Positions 45,701 to 59,191 are shown, counted from the first letter of the stretch. The stretch: DNA of 64,000 nucleotides from Klebsormidium nitens (GCA_000708835.1 DF237448.1:1-64000), one strand, 5' to 3'. Notes: a model not told the origin generated them from the letters alone. Program-made: numbers and translations.

Positions 45701-48700
45701 CATAGAATTCCCCGTATAAAGCACCACTTAAGAGTTGAACTTGGAAGCATTTGGCGGCAACCGAGACACTCAACTGCGGGTTTCAGAACTAACGAGAAGC
45801 TACCATAGATGACCTGGCTCAAGAAATCCAGAATTTTGAACGCAGAAGGAGTGTACCTGCCTGTACTAGGGCCGGTTGCGCGACTGGAAAGCCAAGAATT
45901 TCTCTCAAGAAACTGACTTTTCACATCGTCCTTTTTGCAGGAGCGGCAGCTTCCCGACTCCGGTGCTTAAGAATGGACCTCCGCCCAGCACCCCCCCTTC
46001 GGGCCCTCAAGGTGAGCCTTATATTCCATTTGTTCTTTTTCATTTCTACATGATGAGCTTGCCGCAAAGGGTCCGTTTTCTGCGGAGTGAAGACATGTTG
46101 ACTGCGATCAGTTTCTTTCTCCTAGTGGCAATCTAAGGAGTTGGATTGAAATCTGCCCACACTCACTGACATGGAGTACCGCTTCGAACAGAAAGTATTG
46201 GGATTTTGTGAAATCACTGTCCGAAGATAAGTAGGGCCGCTGGTTTGTTGGAGTGACCCTTACAAAACGTGGCCTAGGAAAAAAGTGCTAGTCGAGCTAA
46301 GACCCTGTGGGAATCGGAATTCTCTTAACAAGACTGCAACCGCTCTTCGGGCTTTCACTTCCGGTGAGATCGGTTTTATGTGAAACTTCTCCCCCGTATC
46401 AGTCTCTTGTTTTTAAAGAAGCGTACGCAAAACGCTCAGCCTAATCCGAAGATCTTAAAGACGGATAGACCCGTCACCAAAAATCACAGCCGGGAGTCTC
46501 GGCAGAAACCAAGTATCCCCCAGAGCACAAAACGTTTTGCTGACGTCAAGACGGAACGATGATCAGAATCTTCACCGCTATGTTCGCACTTCTGGAAACT
46601 TCTGTGGTCCTGAGCGACATTCCTAGACTTTACTACATTACGATGGGCTGGTCTCATTTTTGCTCGTTTTTCTTACCTTTCCGTTTTGTAACATAAAAAT
46701 ACTTCTGCAAACGGTTGAGATCAGGATGTCCTTTCACACGCTCTCAACGTCTTTCGCATTTGTTAGGTTCCGAGGCGGCGGAAACGTTTCACCCGCTGCT
46801 GACCGCAGAATGCGATGGCATATTTACACTTCTGAGTCCTTTCCTTTCTCTTTACCCCAACGAGAGACTTTTCGAAAGCAACAAAAGGTTGGGGCTTCGG
46901 GATCCGCATGCCTGTTTCAAATCCTTTGCAGAATGTTCGCGATTTCAAATCGGCAATCTGCTTAATTAGAGCGGCGCAACAACGGCCCTATATATGGGCC
47001 ACTTCCAGTTTCCTTCCGCTTCTTTTCTTTCTATCTCCTACCAGCAAACGACCCTGTGCAGCCCGGGCCAACCCACATTGTAGGTAACCTGTTCCGACGT
47101 TTTCCTCAGGTGTTTGCAGTTCCGTAGCGGCCGCATTCTCCTATCGCTGCTGGTTCAACAACGACCTCCAGGGGCGCCACTATTCTTACTCCTGTTCTCA
47201 GTTTACATTTACAAGAAAGCCCGTCAAATCAGGTCCAACCTTGTGGGTTTTTAAATCACTTGACACTTCTTTGCCCAGGTGTTTGTGGGTCCGGAGACGC
47301 TTCCATTTTCCCCACCCGCTGTTGGTTCAAAATGACCTCCAGAAGCGCCTCGAAATCCCACCTCTCCCTTGTTCAGTCTGTTTTGTATCGAATTCCTTTT
47401 TCTTTGAGAAACAAAGCAAGCTTGACAACCTCTTTCTACATGTTTCCGGTGTTTGTGGGGTCGGAGATGCCTCCAGTTTCCCCACCCGCTGTTGGTTCAA
47501 CAACGACCCCCAGGGGCGCTACGTCTGCTGCGACGGCCAGGGATGCGACGGCTTCAACCCCGATAATCTGACCCCCCACTGCAAAAACTTCGGCTTTGTG
47601 CCGCCCAACTTCGGCGCGGGGGGTTCGACTACGCCCCCGTCGAAACCCCCCACCGTTCCCCCCAGCGGTCCGCAAGGTGAGACCCGCCTCGGAAAAGGAC
47701 ACCGGAATTTTAACCCGATTTTTTTACGGTGGGTTTTTCATCGTAATCTTGATTCTTTGGTAGGAGGCCAAAGTTGACACTCATCTGGTACCTTCGCAAA
47801 CAAGGCGTAAGGAGCATCGCTCCTGGAAAGAACTTGAGTCTGAAATTTGTCGTTTTCGTTGACCAGTGAAAAGAGTCCTCTGAGCTTTTGAAGCCGTGTC
47901 TTCGGCATGATTCTCAAGTACTCTTCAGATGGGCCATGCTTTACGACCGTTGGTTTGTCCGTTGTTCTTGATTTTGCCAACTCTTGCAGAGGAGGTTTCT
48001 CAAGAGTCCTATCTTAGGAGACTTCTTCTGCAAGGGCCATCGGCAGGGCCATCAGCATAGGATTTGACGTGTCAAACGCGAATACCCTGTGTGTACGGAG
48101 TTTGGTTGAATATTTCGTTGCGCCCAATTGACTTGCACAATTACTGTATTTCGACGCACCAGCTTACTCCGGCCCAGCAAGCTCTAGTGTCTGCGGCTCT
48201 TACATTTTCCGCCCGTTGGAACTCCGACGACGATTCGCCAAAAAACAGAAACTTCGGGTCGAGCGGAGTCGCTTGCCAGCATGCTTTAAAGAGGAGCCCA
48301 CTTCACATCCAGATACATAGTGTCAGCTCGAGATGAAACCCCGGGCAATCAACAAACTATCGACAGAGGCGCTACGTTTCTCCCTTCTTCTTGTCATGTT
48401 ACTGTTCTCTATCGACAAGGATCTTCTTCCGAGCCGACCGGGGATGCGGGGCGCGTCTTTGTGATAAGACCATCCATCGGGCAAAGCACTCGCCCAAGAT
48501 CATGATTTTCGCTCCCGCCAAGCATCTTGGCGGGACATCTCCTAACTACCTCTTTCTACATGTTTTCCAGGTGTTTGTGGGTCCGGAGACGCTTCCAGCT
48601 TCCCTACCCGCTGTTGGTTCAACAACGACCCCCAGGGGCGCTACGTCTGCTGCGACGGCCACGGATGCGACGGCTTCAACAGCGACAATCTGACCCCCCA

Positions 48701-49426
48701 CTGCAAAAACTTCGGCTTCGTGCCGCCCAACTTCGGCGCGGGGGGGTCGACTACGCCCCCGTCTGGTCCCCCCCCAAGTGGTTCGCAAGGTACAGCACAG
48801 AGCATCCTTCTCATGGGACACTTTACTGAGTTGTCCTCGAACTATAAGCGTTAACTGGCTTCATTTCCTCAATGGATCAGTTTGCAGCTTTTGTCGATCG
48901 CGATGGTCAGCTGGTCCCCCGCAAGTGGCGCTCTCGCTTTCAACATGACAGATTCGACGGCTGAGGTTGCGCCTCCCACAGAATCAACGGTCACCGGTTG
49001 CGCTCGTGCAGGCACAATAAGCGCAATGCCATTTTGAAGCTTCTAAGAGATTTCGACGGTGTCGAAGCAGAACAATTGGGCCGGGATTGTAATGCCGGGT
49101 TGCGGTGTCCGCTTTTAAGACCGTAGAAAGGTCGAGATTGGTGACTGGTCTTGAACAGGACTCCCTCCCTTTCGTACTAAGGCTCTTTTGTTTCTTTTCT
49201 TTGAATTCGTGAGAGCGATTGGTGCTGTTGTTGATTGACACGTGTCGACTTTACAGGCGCCTGCGGGGCCGGAGGCGCGGCGGATTTCCCAGTACGCTGC
49301 TGGTACAACAACGACCCGCAGGGCCGTTACGTCTGTTGCGACGGAGCCGGTTGCGACGGCTTCAACCCACCAGATAACTTTTTCCCTCGCTGCAAGAACA
49401 ATGGTTTTGTCCCGCCGCAGCTCTAG
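42703..49426 (+). CDS. Secreted Cys-rich modular protein: signal peptide, two EGF-like modules, Pro-rich linkers and up to three copies of an unrecognised 6-Cys module. Exons 42703-42919, 43849-43989, 45144-45315, 45941-46011, (47449-47676), 48571-48789, 49257-49426.
   Basis: Signal MAPIQRLIFATLGLLCVCALPVLS. Classic EGF DPCASNPCQNGGTC...FFCQCPPFFTGKTC. Repeat GVCG.GDASSFPTRCWFNNDPQGRYVCCDG.GCDGFN.DNL.PHCKNFGFVPP occurs three times. Exon phases are compatible. The acceptor of 47449-47676 is defective. Confidence 0.85.
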
Positions 49427-51410
49427 ATAAGGAGAGTAGCACCGGTAACCAAGCGTGGTTAGTCCCGGGTTAGAAGCGCTTGTAGCGTTCAGTAACGATT
49501 TTTGTCCGAGTAACGTGCTCCCGACCCCAAGCATGGTTAGAGCGGACTGAACAACTGAACCGGCCCTGCTTATCCCGCGGGTACGACAATTTTGATAGTC
49601 TCATATGCTAAAGTCTAGGGTGGTCCCCTTGGATGAGCCCCGATCCAAGTGCTCGCTGAAGTTATGACAATTTCTTAAATTTCATTGCTTACAGGGCCAT
49701 AAGCGCTAGCAGGACGCTTAGAGAGGTTGAGACGTTCTAGAGAGTCTAGGTGCACGTTGAAGCGAAATCACTTACTCATAATCTGACCTTTAATTTGTCG
49801 ACGTTCAGTTTCATTCATCCTGGTCGTTAAGTTACACCATTCCAGGACGTCAGGTACTTACCGCAGCAACTAGGGCTGTACGATGCATAGCACTGCAATT
49901 AAGCGAATGATCCGGTAAGAGATACGTCGGTCCGGGAAGGGGCCTCCGGTAGCTAGCTGGGGCCCAGATCAATTTCATGACAACGTCCCATCGAGAGACT
50001 ACTACTTGTGTATGCATTGTTGCCGCGCATTCATTGGCAAGTCTGTCCAATTGCGCTCTACTCGTCATGCATGACTAGCTTCTCGAAGCAAAGATATTGA
50101 GAGGATTGATTGATCATTATTGAGGTTCCATGCATGCATGTTCTAGCATGCAACTAGGTCTGCTCCGACATGCTGTACACTGGTGTAACGGTGGATAAAT
50201 TTAGACCTCCTGAGCTTAAAACCTCATAGGCAAGCTAGGGGTTTGGGTCCGGACAAGTCATGTCCCCTATAGTTAGGGCATGGGCACTTTACGGTCGGGC
50301 CGGGCGCAACTCCTGAAGAATGAACCCTTGTTTTGAAGACGAGGGGCGGTAACTAAACTCAAGTTATTCCTCTTCGGATTGCCGAAAAGCCACACATAAC
50401 ACTTTTTGACCTGCATACTGTATGACACGACAAGCAAAAGGGCGACCGACGCGCGCTGTTCCATATGCCGCCAGCCTGAAGTTCAGCTCACTGGCAGCTC
50501 GCCGGCGCGGACTGACTCAGATATGTGCACGTCAATAAGATATGTACCGGCTTCGACGTGACGATTTACAACAGTGTGCATGCGCAGTCAGTTTGTGGCG
50601 GGCGCCCTAATCTGACGGGATTCGTGGCGAACTTAGTTTGAATTGAATCATGAGCAAGAAACTAAACAGAGAAATGGCACACAGGCACACAGTTGATTAA
50701 TTGCGTACTGCCGCTCTTGCCGAGCCTCGGAGTCCGGCCATACTGCATGTGCCGCCCAGCAATAAGTAACCAATTTACGATACTCCAATAAAGACAGGCC
50801 CGCCGCGCACTTGGTTAGCTAGCTAGATCGACTTCAAGCATATAATCCTGGCATGGCCGGTTGCCAGAGCTAGTCACGTACCGACGGACGGTGCTGTCAT
50901 GATCGAAGGTATGAATAACCGAAGACGTTTACTTGAATCTGACGTAGCGTGAGTCGACTTGTGGGCTCTCGACTTTCAATATGTCTGCGCATAAGTCCGA
51001 AAATTTCATCAATCGAACTTGAAGAACTTTATGCGCGACGGCACGAAATGGTCGTGCTGACCTTTACCACTCCTATCTATAGACTTCAAAACAGAGAAGC
51101 CGTAACCAACTTGGAAGTCACAACTTCGAGATCGCACAGAGGGCGAACCACCTTTTCGATTGCAGGCCAAAGGGTCCTATCCTGTTCCTTTCGCGAGCTG
51201 TAACGCGCACTTTGGGCCGCTTATGCACCCGCCTACAAGTCTATGTTCGAGACAATCTAAGATTGATCAAGAGCTCCCTGCTGATTCTCCGACTTATGGA
51301 CCTAGTCCGTGGCGGCGCCGTGTTAGAGGATACAGAATACACAAACTGAGCTATCCAAGCGTTCATATTGACGGCCGCGCGGTACTAGGAAATACGACTG
51401 CCCTCCGCGT

Positions 51411-53956
51411 TCATGTCTGTCCGCGCATATGCTGAAGGGCTGTCGAGACCTGAGACGTGCCAGCCTGCACCTGTCTCGAAGTTTGCCCCGGTCGGTCTAA
51501 ACCAAGGCCATGTGGATCCGTCTCCCCCCCTAACCGAGGCGCAGAAAAGGGGTGGGGATGCGGCTGGCTGGCCACATTCTGCGCGCCTTGCGAAGAGGCT
51601 TCCCCCATCGCCTGAGCATACTGCCAACTCTGGGAGCCCGGCGACTGTCCAGTCAGTTGACTAGCCCCAGCGGGCGCCGAAAAGGGGTTTGAGGGGTGAG
51701 CCAGGGGCGACCTCACGTGCAAAGAAGCCGGGTCGGAGGTCGCCGGGACACTCGCCCGTGGGGCTTCTCCGTACAAAGGGGGGGGACCTGGAGCGGAAAA
51801 GGACTGGCCCCCGGGGATCGACGGAGAATACGACGGCGCAGGCACGTGCCGAAGTAACGCCGGGGCGGGGGGTGGTCGCGCTGCGTAGGGGGGATTCTTC
51901 CACCGAGGCAGTGGACCCAAGGATCCGAGCATGAGAATGTTTAGGAGGGGGGCGGCGCGCTCGATCGTCCGTAGGAGTTCCCCCTGTCGGGGGAGCGTCA
52001 TACCGGGCGGTTCGGGGGGGAACTGTCGAGGCGGAGCCGCTTGCGAGACGCTCGGTTGAGCGGGGGTGTGAAACGGGGGCGCCGTCCGGAACGGCGCCCG
52101 CGGGATCGGTTCCGACGGCTGTGACGCGGCGGCGGAGGGTTGGAAGGACGGACCGGGGGATTGGCGCGGGTTTGGAACCGACGGCGTGGCGGTAGAAACG
52201 CTTTCGGTGGCAACAGGGGGGAGCGAGAACGCCGTGGTTGGGAGGTTGGGCATGGGGGACGGTATTCGGTGCATTGGGGGCGGGAGCGTCGATCTCATTT
52301 GAGGGGGATCCCCCGAGGGGTCCTCCGACCGGGACGGTATCGTCGGGTGGGCGGTTTGGCTGCCCGAGGGGTACGTACCGACGGGGACCGCCCGTTGTTG
52401 TCGTATCTGCTCCAGTTGTTGCCGGACGTCGGCCAGCTGCTGCGCGATCTGGACCGTCGGATTGGGGCTCGGGAGGGGCGTCTCGAAGAGGAGCGTCGTC
52501 GAGGGCGAGGGCGGCTCGGCGTGCGCGCGTGCCCGCGCGCGCTCGCTTTCCCCGAGCGCCTTGATGCGCTCGTGTGCAGCGTCGCGCTCGGCGCGCGCAA
52601 CGCGCAGCTGCTCCTCGAGCGTGTGCGCGCGCGCATCGTGGAGCTGCGACTGAGCGGCCGCGGCAGCGCGGGTGGCCTCGAGCTCGCGCATGGCGAGGTC
52701 GAGGAGGCGGCGTGCCTCCTCCAGTTGCTGCAGATATGGACCAGGAAATCAATTAAGAGTCATTGCAGAAAGAGAAACAAAACTTCAGAATATGTCACTT
52801 GGGAGACCGAGGAGAGGAGTAAGAGTGACAGAAACCTTCACTCTTTGGTACATGCCCCAGGTTTCAATTCTCTGGAACCACAGCCACTTGTGGGATTGTT
52901 TGCAGCCTGGGTCTTGGTGCCGGAATAAGTTGAAGGAAATTTGAACTGATGCAAGAGGTGCTTTCTTCAGTTGCTGCAAGGGAGGAGGATGGCGATTCTG
53001 AGCCGAATCCGTTCTCTGTGTCAACTTCGTGCTTGTTTGCAGTAGAGGACGAAGAAAGCGGACGTTTAGAGTCCCTCTAATCAAAGCGAGCAGGATAAAA
53101 TAGAAAGTAAAGTAAAGTAGAGAAAGGGAAGGTGCCTTTGTCTTCTGGATTTCAGGACGCAATCGAGCAGACTAGAAAGAGAAGGCTTCTAAGGACGTTC
53201 TTGGTCTCGTTCTCTTTTTCCCTTGTTTCGGATAGAGAAATATGGCACTGGTTATGAAAAGGACAGCTGCTAGACCCATCACAGGATAAGGGCGAAACTA
53301 TATGACGAGAATGCGATTCCCTCGGTCGCCCGTAATCAGCTCGAAGAAATCTCAAAAGAAGAAGCTCTTTGCCTGCCTCAAAAGACCAAAAGGTCCATAT
53401 AGAAAACTCTTGCGGAGATGATCGAGAATCCAAGGGTCTGGGTGCAGCTTCAAAGCGACCAGTCACTAAAGATGGACAAGACGACATCTAAGCCAAACTC
53501 TCGCCTGAACCACAGCCCTGGAGACCTTCTTTGTCTATTAGAAGGACAGGCCTGGACGAAACCCTTTCAAACAGACCTTTCAGCTCTTCTCCGAATTTGC
53601 ATTTAGCCATTGACAACGAGACCCTAGGGAAAGCCTCATGCAAAGTCTCAGTCTTTCGAACAGCAGTCATTTCGATGCTCAGATTAACAATGGCAGCTTC
53701 CCTCAGCCCCTTGACAAAGCTACCTGTACCTCCAAGCCAGAACATGAATCTTTCCCCTCACCTCCTTGTGTTCGCAGCACGGTTCTTCCCCCTTCTCCTC
53801 TACAATCCGGTGTAAGGGTCGCGATTCAGCGGCTGGCCTCCCTCCCCCCGGCGCTGTTGACTGTTCGGCTCGGTGTGCTGTATCAGATCCCGCCTCTCTT
53901 TTGCCCAGAACGGAGTGCAGATTGTGGGGGGTTCCCGTTGGATCGTCGGCTTCCAT
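51411..53956 (-). CDS. Hypothetical protein of about 500 aa with a coiled coil followed by a Pro/Ser-rich disordered region. Exons 53956-53762 and 52727-51411.
   Basis: 426-aa ORF with a heptad-like Ala/Glu/Arg-rich start. Acceptor atctgcag|caactggag at 52727 is phase-compatible with the donor aaggag|gtgagg at 53762 after ATG 53956. No domain recognised. Confidence 0.55.
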
Positions 53957-56900
53957 GTGACCTTCCTGCCGGCTTTGCCGCGGTGGTCCTCAGGCTGAGC
54001 GGCACACTAGAGAGCCTGGGGCAGAGAAAGAATATGTCACTATTGTTATCATCAGCATCGTTAACTCAAAGATAGGTTCAGCACGCATTCAGGTTCCGAG
54101 TCCTTTGGGGCCAGCGGGCATTCGATGTCAGGATAGGCATATTCCCAAGAAAGTTCGAAATTGAAGACTGAAAGAAGTCAAGATTGTCTGGACAACTCTC
54201 CATTCTCGAACGAGGTTTGTAACAGGAAGTGCAGGAGCCCCCTCAAGGAGAAAACTGTAGCTCGATGAAGAGATTGATGTGGTACATCTGAACCATACTG
54301 GAAGAAAGAAAAGCCCGATGCAGCTGATGCATTGGAAAACGTGATAGAATGGATTGTGAAACAGCATAGAAGTTGACCCCTTCCGACCCGGAATTTCGTA
54401 AGTGAAATGTGAAAAGAGCTAAGAGAGGTGTTGAGGTCTGTCATTGTCATAATGAAGGGACCTTGAAGTTGAATTGCGAAGGAAACGAAGGAAGCTGTTG
54501 CCTTCTGCAACTTCTCATATGAAAGGGCAGAAAGAAAGGAGCAAGAGGTAGCTGAAGAGTCAGGACAGAGCGAACGTCTTGGAAGCAAGACTTGAGATAA
54601 CCACACACTCTAAGAAAGTGGATTGACGTATCACAGCACAGTTTAGTGTACGTCCCTCCCCGCATGTGCTTTGGCCTAGCTAAGAGGGCTTTGCCTCTTG
54701 CTGAAAACAAAGTGTCAAGGCTCTTCCAGAAGCAAAGACGGGGCTGAGGGAGCGCTGAGTCAGAATGTTCCAATTGTACGTGAAAGTTTTTGACACAACA
54801 ACATGCTGAAAACTGAGGTCTTCAATTGGAAGCTTAGAACCATCCCAAGACCGTTGATCTGCGAAGCCAATAGTTTTGTTCCTGTAACAGGCCTGTTACA
54901 CGTCGCGAAGCATTTGCTCTGTGGAGTCCAAAAATGAACATAACAAGTTAAAGCAAGTTGATACCAGACTAATCAAGGGGAGTTTTTGGCTGTGATTTAT
55001 CTGTTCACGAACTTCTCGTTCACACATGTGACAGAAGCTTATGGTTGAGAGGAAAGGGTGAAAGCATTGCAATCATCCTCAGTCTGTCGTTCTGAGTTGA
55101 CCAGAAACCGCTCTTTTGTTGTGAAACCTCCAATTGTTTAGACTTACGCTAAAAGTCGACTACCTGGTGCTAATCACCTTTCGGGAGCATCTTCCGATTG
55201 AACGTAAGAGTTTGCAGCAAGAAAAAGAGACATCTTCTCATTCAGCCCGGACTACTTCCCAGTCATCCCAGTTGCAATACATGGTAAACAGCAGTGTACT
55301 TTTCCACTTTCAAAGTTGTTTTTGTAATGCTGAAGCGGCTCGCTGCCGCTTGCACTTTGAGATGTCCACCACCCCAGTCAACTTATAGAGATGGTTTTTT
55401 TAGCTTAACGACATGATGCTGATAGCAGCAAAGGGGTCACACCGGTGACTTATCACAGCAGACTTCCTTTTACCCTCAGCTGAGTTTGAGCAATGGCGTA
55501 GCACCATACTCACTTCATATCGGCACCATGCACAGAAAGTATGAAACCTCCTGTGCATGGGTACATCCAACCTCACGAAGCACACATAGGTGACCAAACC
55601 TTGCCGATACAGAATTCAGTGACATTAAGAGTTGTACTAGTATGTGCTATAATCAAAACGCGCCTGTCTAAGCACAGGCTTCCTCTGCAGAAACTAGGAG
55701 CAAGCAGAGAACTTGAGAGTCCTGCTCACCTTTGAACTGTGCACTTGCTCATTTAGGCAGCACAACCTCCAACCAAAACCCCCCCCCAAAACCCCCACCA
55801 CTTCTCGACCACAAGATGATCGTCGAAAGCGTCCTACTGAATCTCAGACGGCATTACTCCCTTATTGCCGCCCTCTTATCCACCATCCCCTCTGCTGGCG
55901 GTCCCCCTATAGATACTTGCTCTATATTTCTCGAATTTTCTACGCTTCTATGTAGCTTGAATTTCCTCAAAGCTTCGCATTGTGCCGGTCAGGATCAGCT
56001 TCGCCAACAGTTTCCCAGCCCCCATGACTATGTGACCGGGTGTTTGGAACCGCAGCTAAGACTGGCTGCCAGCTTCTCTCCCCACTTGAAGCAGCTTGCT
56101 CCACTCTGCTCAGAAAGCACCTCGCAGCCAAACGAGCAAAAGCCTCCCCCTCGCTGGCATCAAGCTCCTTCCCAGGTCCTGAACCCTGCCTAGCTGAAAC
56201 TTTGCTAAAAATGGTTGTCCAGCTGCTCACACTGCTTGGGACACTTGTCTATTTTTACTACCTTCGAATTTTCATTTCATCAGAACGGCAGTTCTGGCAG
56301 CTGCCTTCCAAATATTGGAAAGCAGCGAACTTGAACTCTGGTTCACGTCGACACCTGCCCTGGCAAGTACTATTTTCAGTACAGAAGCTCTCTCACAGCT
56401 GCTTGCTCTCTTGCTTCTGACAGGCTCCCTGTCGTCTGACAGACTGAGAAGATACCACCACTCAGTCGCAAATGGGCCTCGTTTATTCAATTCTGGACTC
56501 AATATCGCCCTTGCATGCGATTGTTCCACCATCGCAGCTGACATGCCTTCCTCCCAGAAGCCTAGTCTCTCAGAAAACATGATGACTCTCCTGAAGAAGA
56601 GAATGCGCCTCCAGAAGACTGCGGCACCGAGCAAATGCTAAGCAACACTGTAGCTTGTGACTCGCCCCTCGCTCCCCCCAATTCTGCGGGTCTTTCTCCG
56701 ATTTCGGCGGTCGGCTAAATCGGGGGTTTATAACCATATGACCTTGACGATCTCTCGTTCGCCGGAATAAAATGCAGGTGACTGGGAGAACTTTCGGTCG
56801 TATAATATGATAGCTTAACTTTGTTGTCCCGGGCAAATGGACCGCCCGGGGGAGCCCTTCGTCGATAACCGAGATGCCTGGATCACCGCAGACCAGTTTT

Positions 56901-59191
56901 GGGCAAGAACGTGAGTCAACGGTGCAACGGTCTTCCTGGACACCTGTCGAGGCGTCAAAGCGCCCAGACCGCCGGGAAAGCCGCTTGGCATTAACTCCGT
57001 CACTTCTGACGCAACGTACTTTGGCAGGGACTTCATCCAGACTACCATTTCCAGGTTCATATTGGACCGTTACCGCTAGTACTCAGAAGTACTCACGCTC
57101 TCAAAGCTGTAGTGACCGGTACGGGGTTGAATGCGACAACAGCGGGTTTGGAGCGGGTTTGGGTACTCGTTACACGACTTCAACCCGCAATCGTGGATTC
57201 CGGCTCTGACATCATGGCTTGCAATCCCGGTTATTGCTACATGGTTCAAAAGACCGCGTTCCTTGTGCTGCTCAGTTGGCACCGATACTAGGAAGCTTGT
57301 GTACGGTACAAGTACTACAGCACCAATTACCTACCTAGGTCCTACGGTAATCTAGATACTGTCCCATTCACCGTCTGTCTAAGTTCGCAGATTGCGCCCC
57401 GAGGGCCCGATGGCTCGGGGGGCGCAGACTGCTTGCACCTGTGCGAATACTTCGCTCCGACTGGCATAAATGTGCCCGGCGCCCGTCACTCGAATGCAAT
57501 CATAAAACATCAGGGCCTCGTGAATATGATGTGTGCCCTCAGAATGGGGCACATTAGGAGAACGGCTCTACTCACAGGGCCTCATCAGCGTTGTTCATCT
57601 GCAATCCGATCTTGCGGATGAAGAACCGGTGAAACAAACCAGCTGCATTGCTGCACTATGCAATGTCTAACACAGCTTCTCGGTGGTGAACGGTGAACCG
57701 TCACCGTGACAAGAGAATTTGCGGAGATTTGTGGACACCGTACCTAGGAGTGATGAGTTAAAACCTGCCCCGTTCAGCAACTGGGCATGCTAAATTCTTC
57801 GACGTATTGCAGATTGCAGATGAGAAATAATCCCCTTGAAAGTGTCAGTTTGGGCGCCCGGCAAACTTTGACCGACACCGTTCTTCACCGCCTTTCCCAC
57901 GATATCCGTTGATTGATCGTGATGTTGACAATCGGACGGATGCAATCGCGGAAATGGTTCTCGGTAGTGCTTTCGGTTGGGACTCGCCTTACACTAAATC
58001 GAGTTTGTGCGAAGCCCATAAACTAAACTCGTATGCACTACGGTATGATCAACCGTCTCTGTACCATATGTTGGCATACATTGGTACCTAAAACGCGCTA
58101 GCGGCCCTGCCACCTGGGCACCTGTACCTACCTAGGTACCGTATATCGATCATGCACTTCAGACCGTAGGTGCCAGTGGCAAACCCAGTTTTCGGCAGAG
58201 AATTGGTTGGAATGGGGTCTCGAGGGCGCGCGACGGGATCGCTTCTCGCCAAGCACCCACATGCAGCCGTACGCGTGCTCCGATCGACGATTTAGACCGG
58301 GGCACGTGACCCGAGCCAATCAGAGCAGCGCACCCCTTTGACATCCATTGACCAAATCCAGTCAGGCCGACGGTTAACTTCAGACTTCTCTACTAGCTAG
58401 CTAGCCCCTATACAATCAAGAAGCAAACTGCACCTCTTGAATTGCCAGGACATCTAAACATAATACCGTACCTTAGAGTGGTACGGTAACTGCATATTGG
58501 AGCCGGCCACCGGCTGTTCTGTATCAATATGCAGGCCTCTCGGGGCTGTCTTTTATCACTCCCGGGCACGACCGGAGTATGCTGGCCGACCTCTTATGCA
58601 TAACAAGCCCCCCTGGGCACAAAATGGCCAGTTATGTTGCCATAACCTAAATACATCCTGCCTCTCGTATACCTTGCCTCAGTCCAAATCCGACGGTCAG
58701 TGCTGATTCATTTCTTCAAAGATGATCAAGCCCTTATGATCATAGATTCCAGGTCAGATATCAACTTTCCAATCTGAATATATAGAAGGAATTTAATGAT
58801 ACTTCCGAAGCAGTACTCTCTGCCCGGGCGTGGTTGTCCTAGGACTAAGTTATAGAGTGGCCTCGATGGACGGTCAAGATAAGCTGCAATCGTGGACAGC
58901 AATGCTAACACGTGTCCAAATGAGATTGGCTGACTCAACATAAGCAGACTTTAGGCGCTTGCTTCTCACGCGTGTAGGTGTTACTTCAAGCTTATTGCTC
59001 ACCTCAGCAGCTGCCAGCAGGGCTCGTACGGGCGCTTATTTTGGTGCTTCTATTGCTGGAAAGTAGGAATTGTGAATTTCGCAACTCAGCCTCATTCATT
59101 GAAAGTTCGCACTGGCAGGCATGGCGTGATTGGCGCCCGTCACCTCGAGTTTCAGCTCCAAGCTGCGTGTTGTATCTAAAGCATTTGAAAG

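Noticed and set aside
51661-52928. Long overlapping ORFs (51661..52752 -, 52140..52928 +); likewise 1338..2069 -, 34445..35041 -, 16102..16629 -
   Set aside because: These are shadow frames of GC-rich coding exons with low-complexity translations and no independent motifs.
54100-56650. Several 100-150 aa ORFs (e.g. 55732..56193, 56315..56641)
   Set aside because: Frequent stops, no recognisable family and no convincing splice path.
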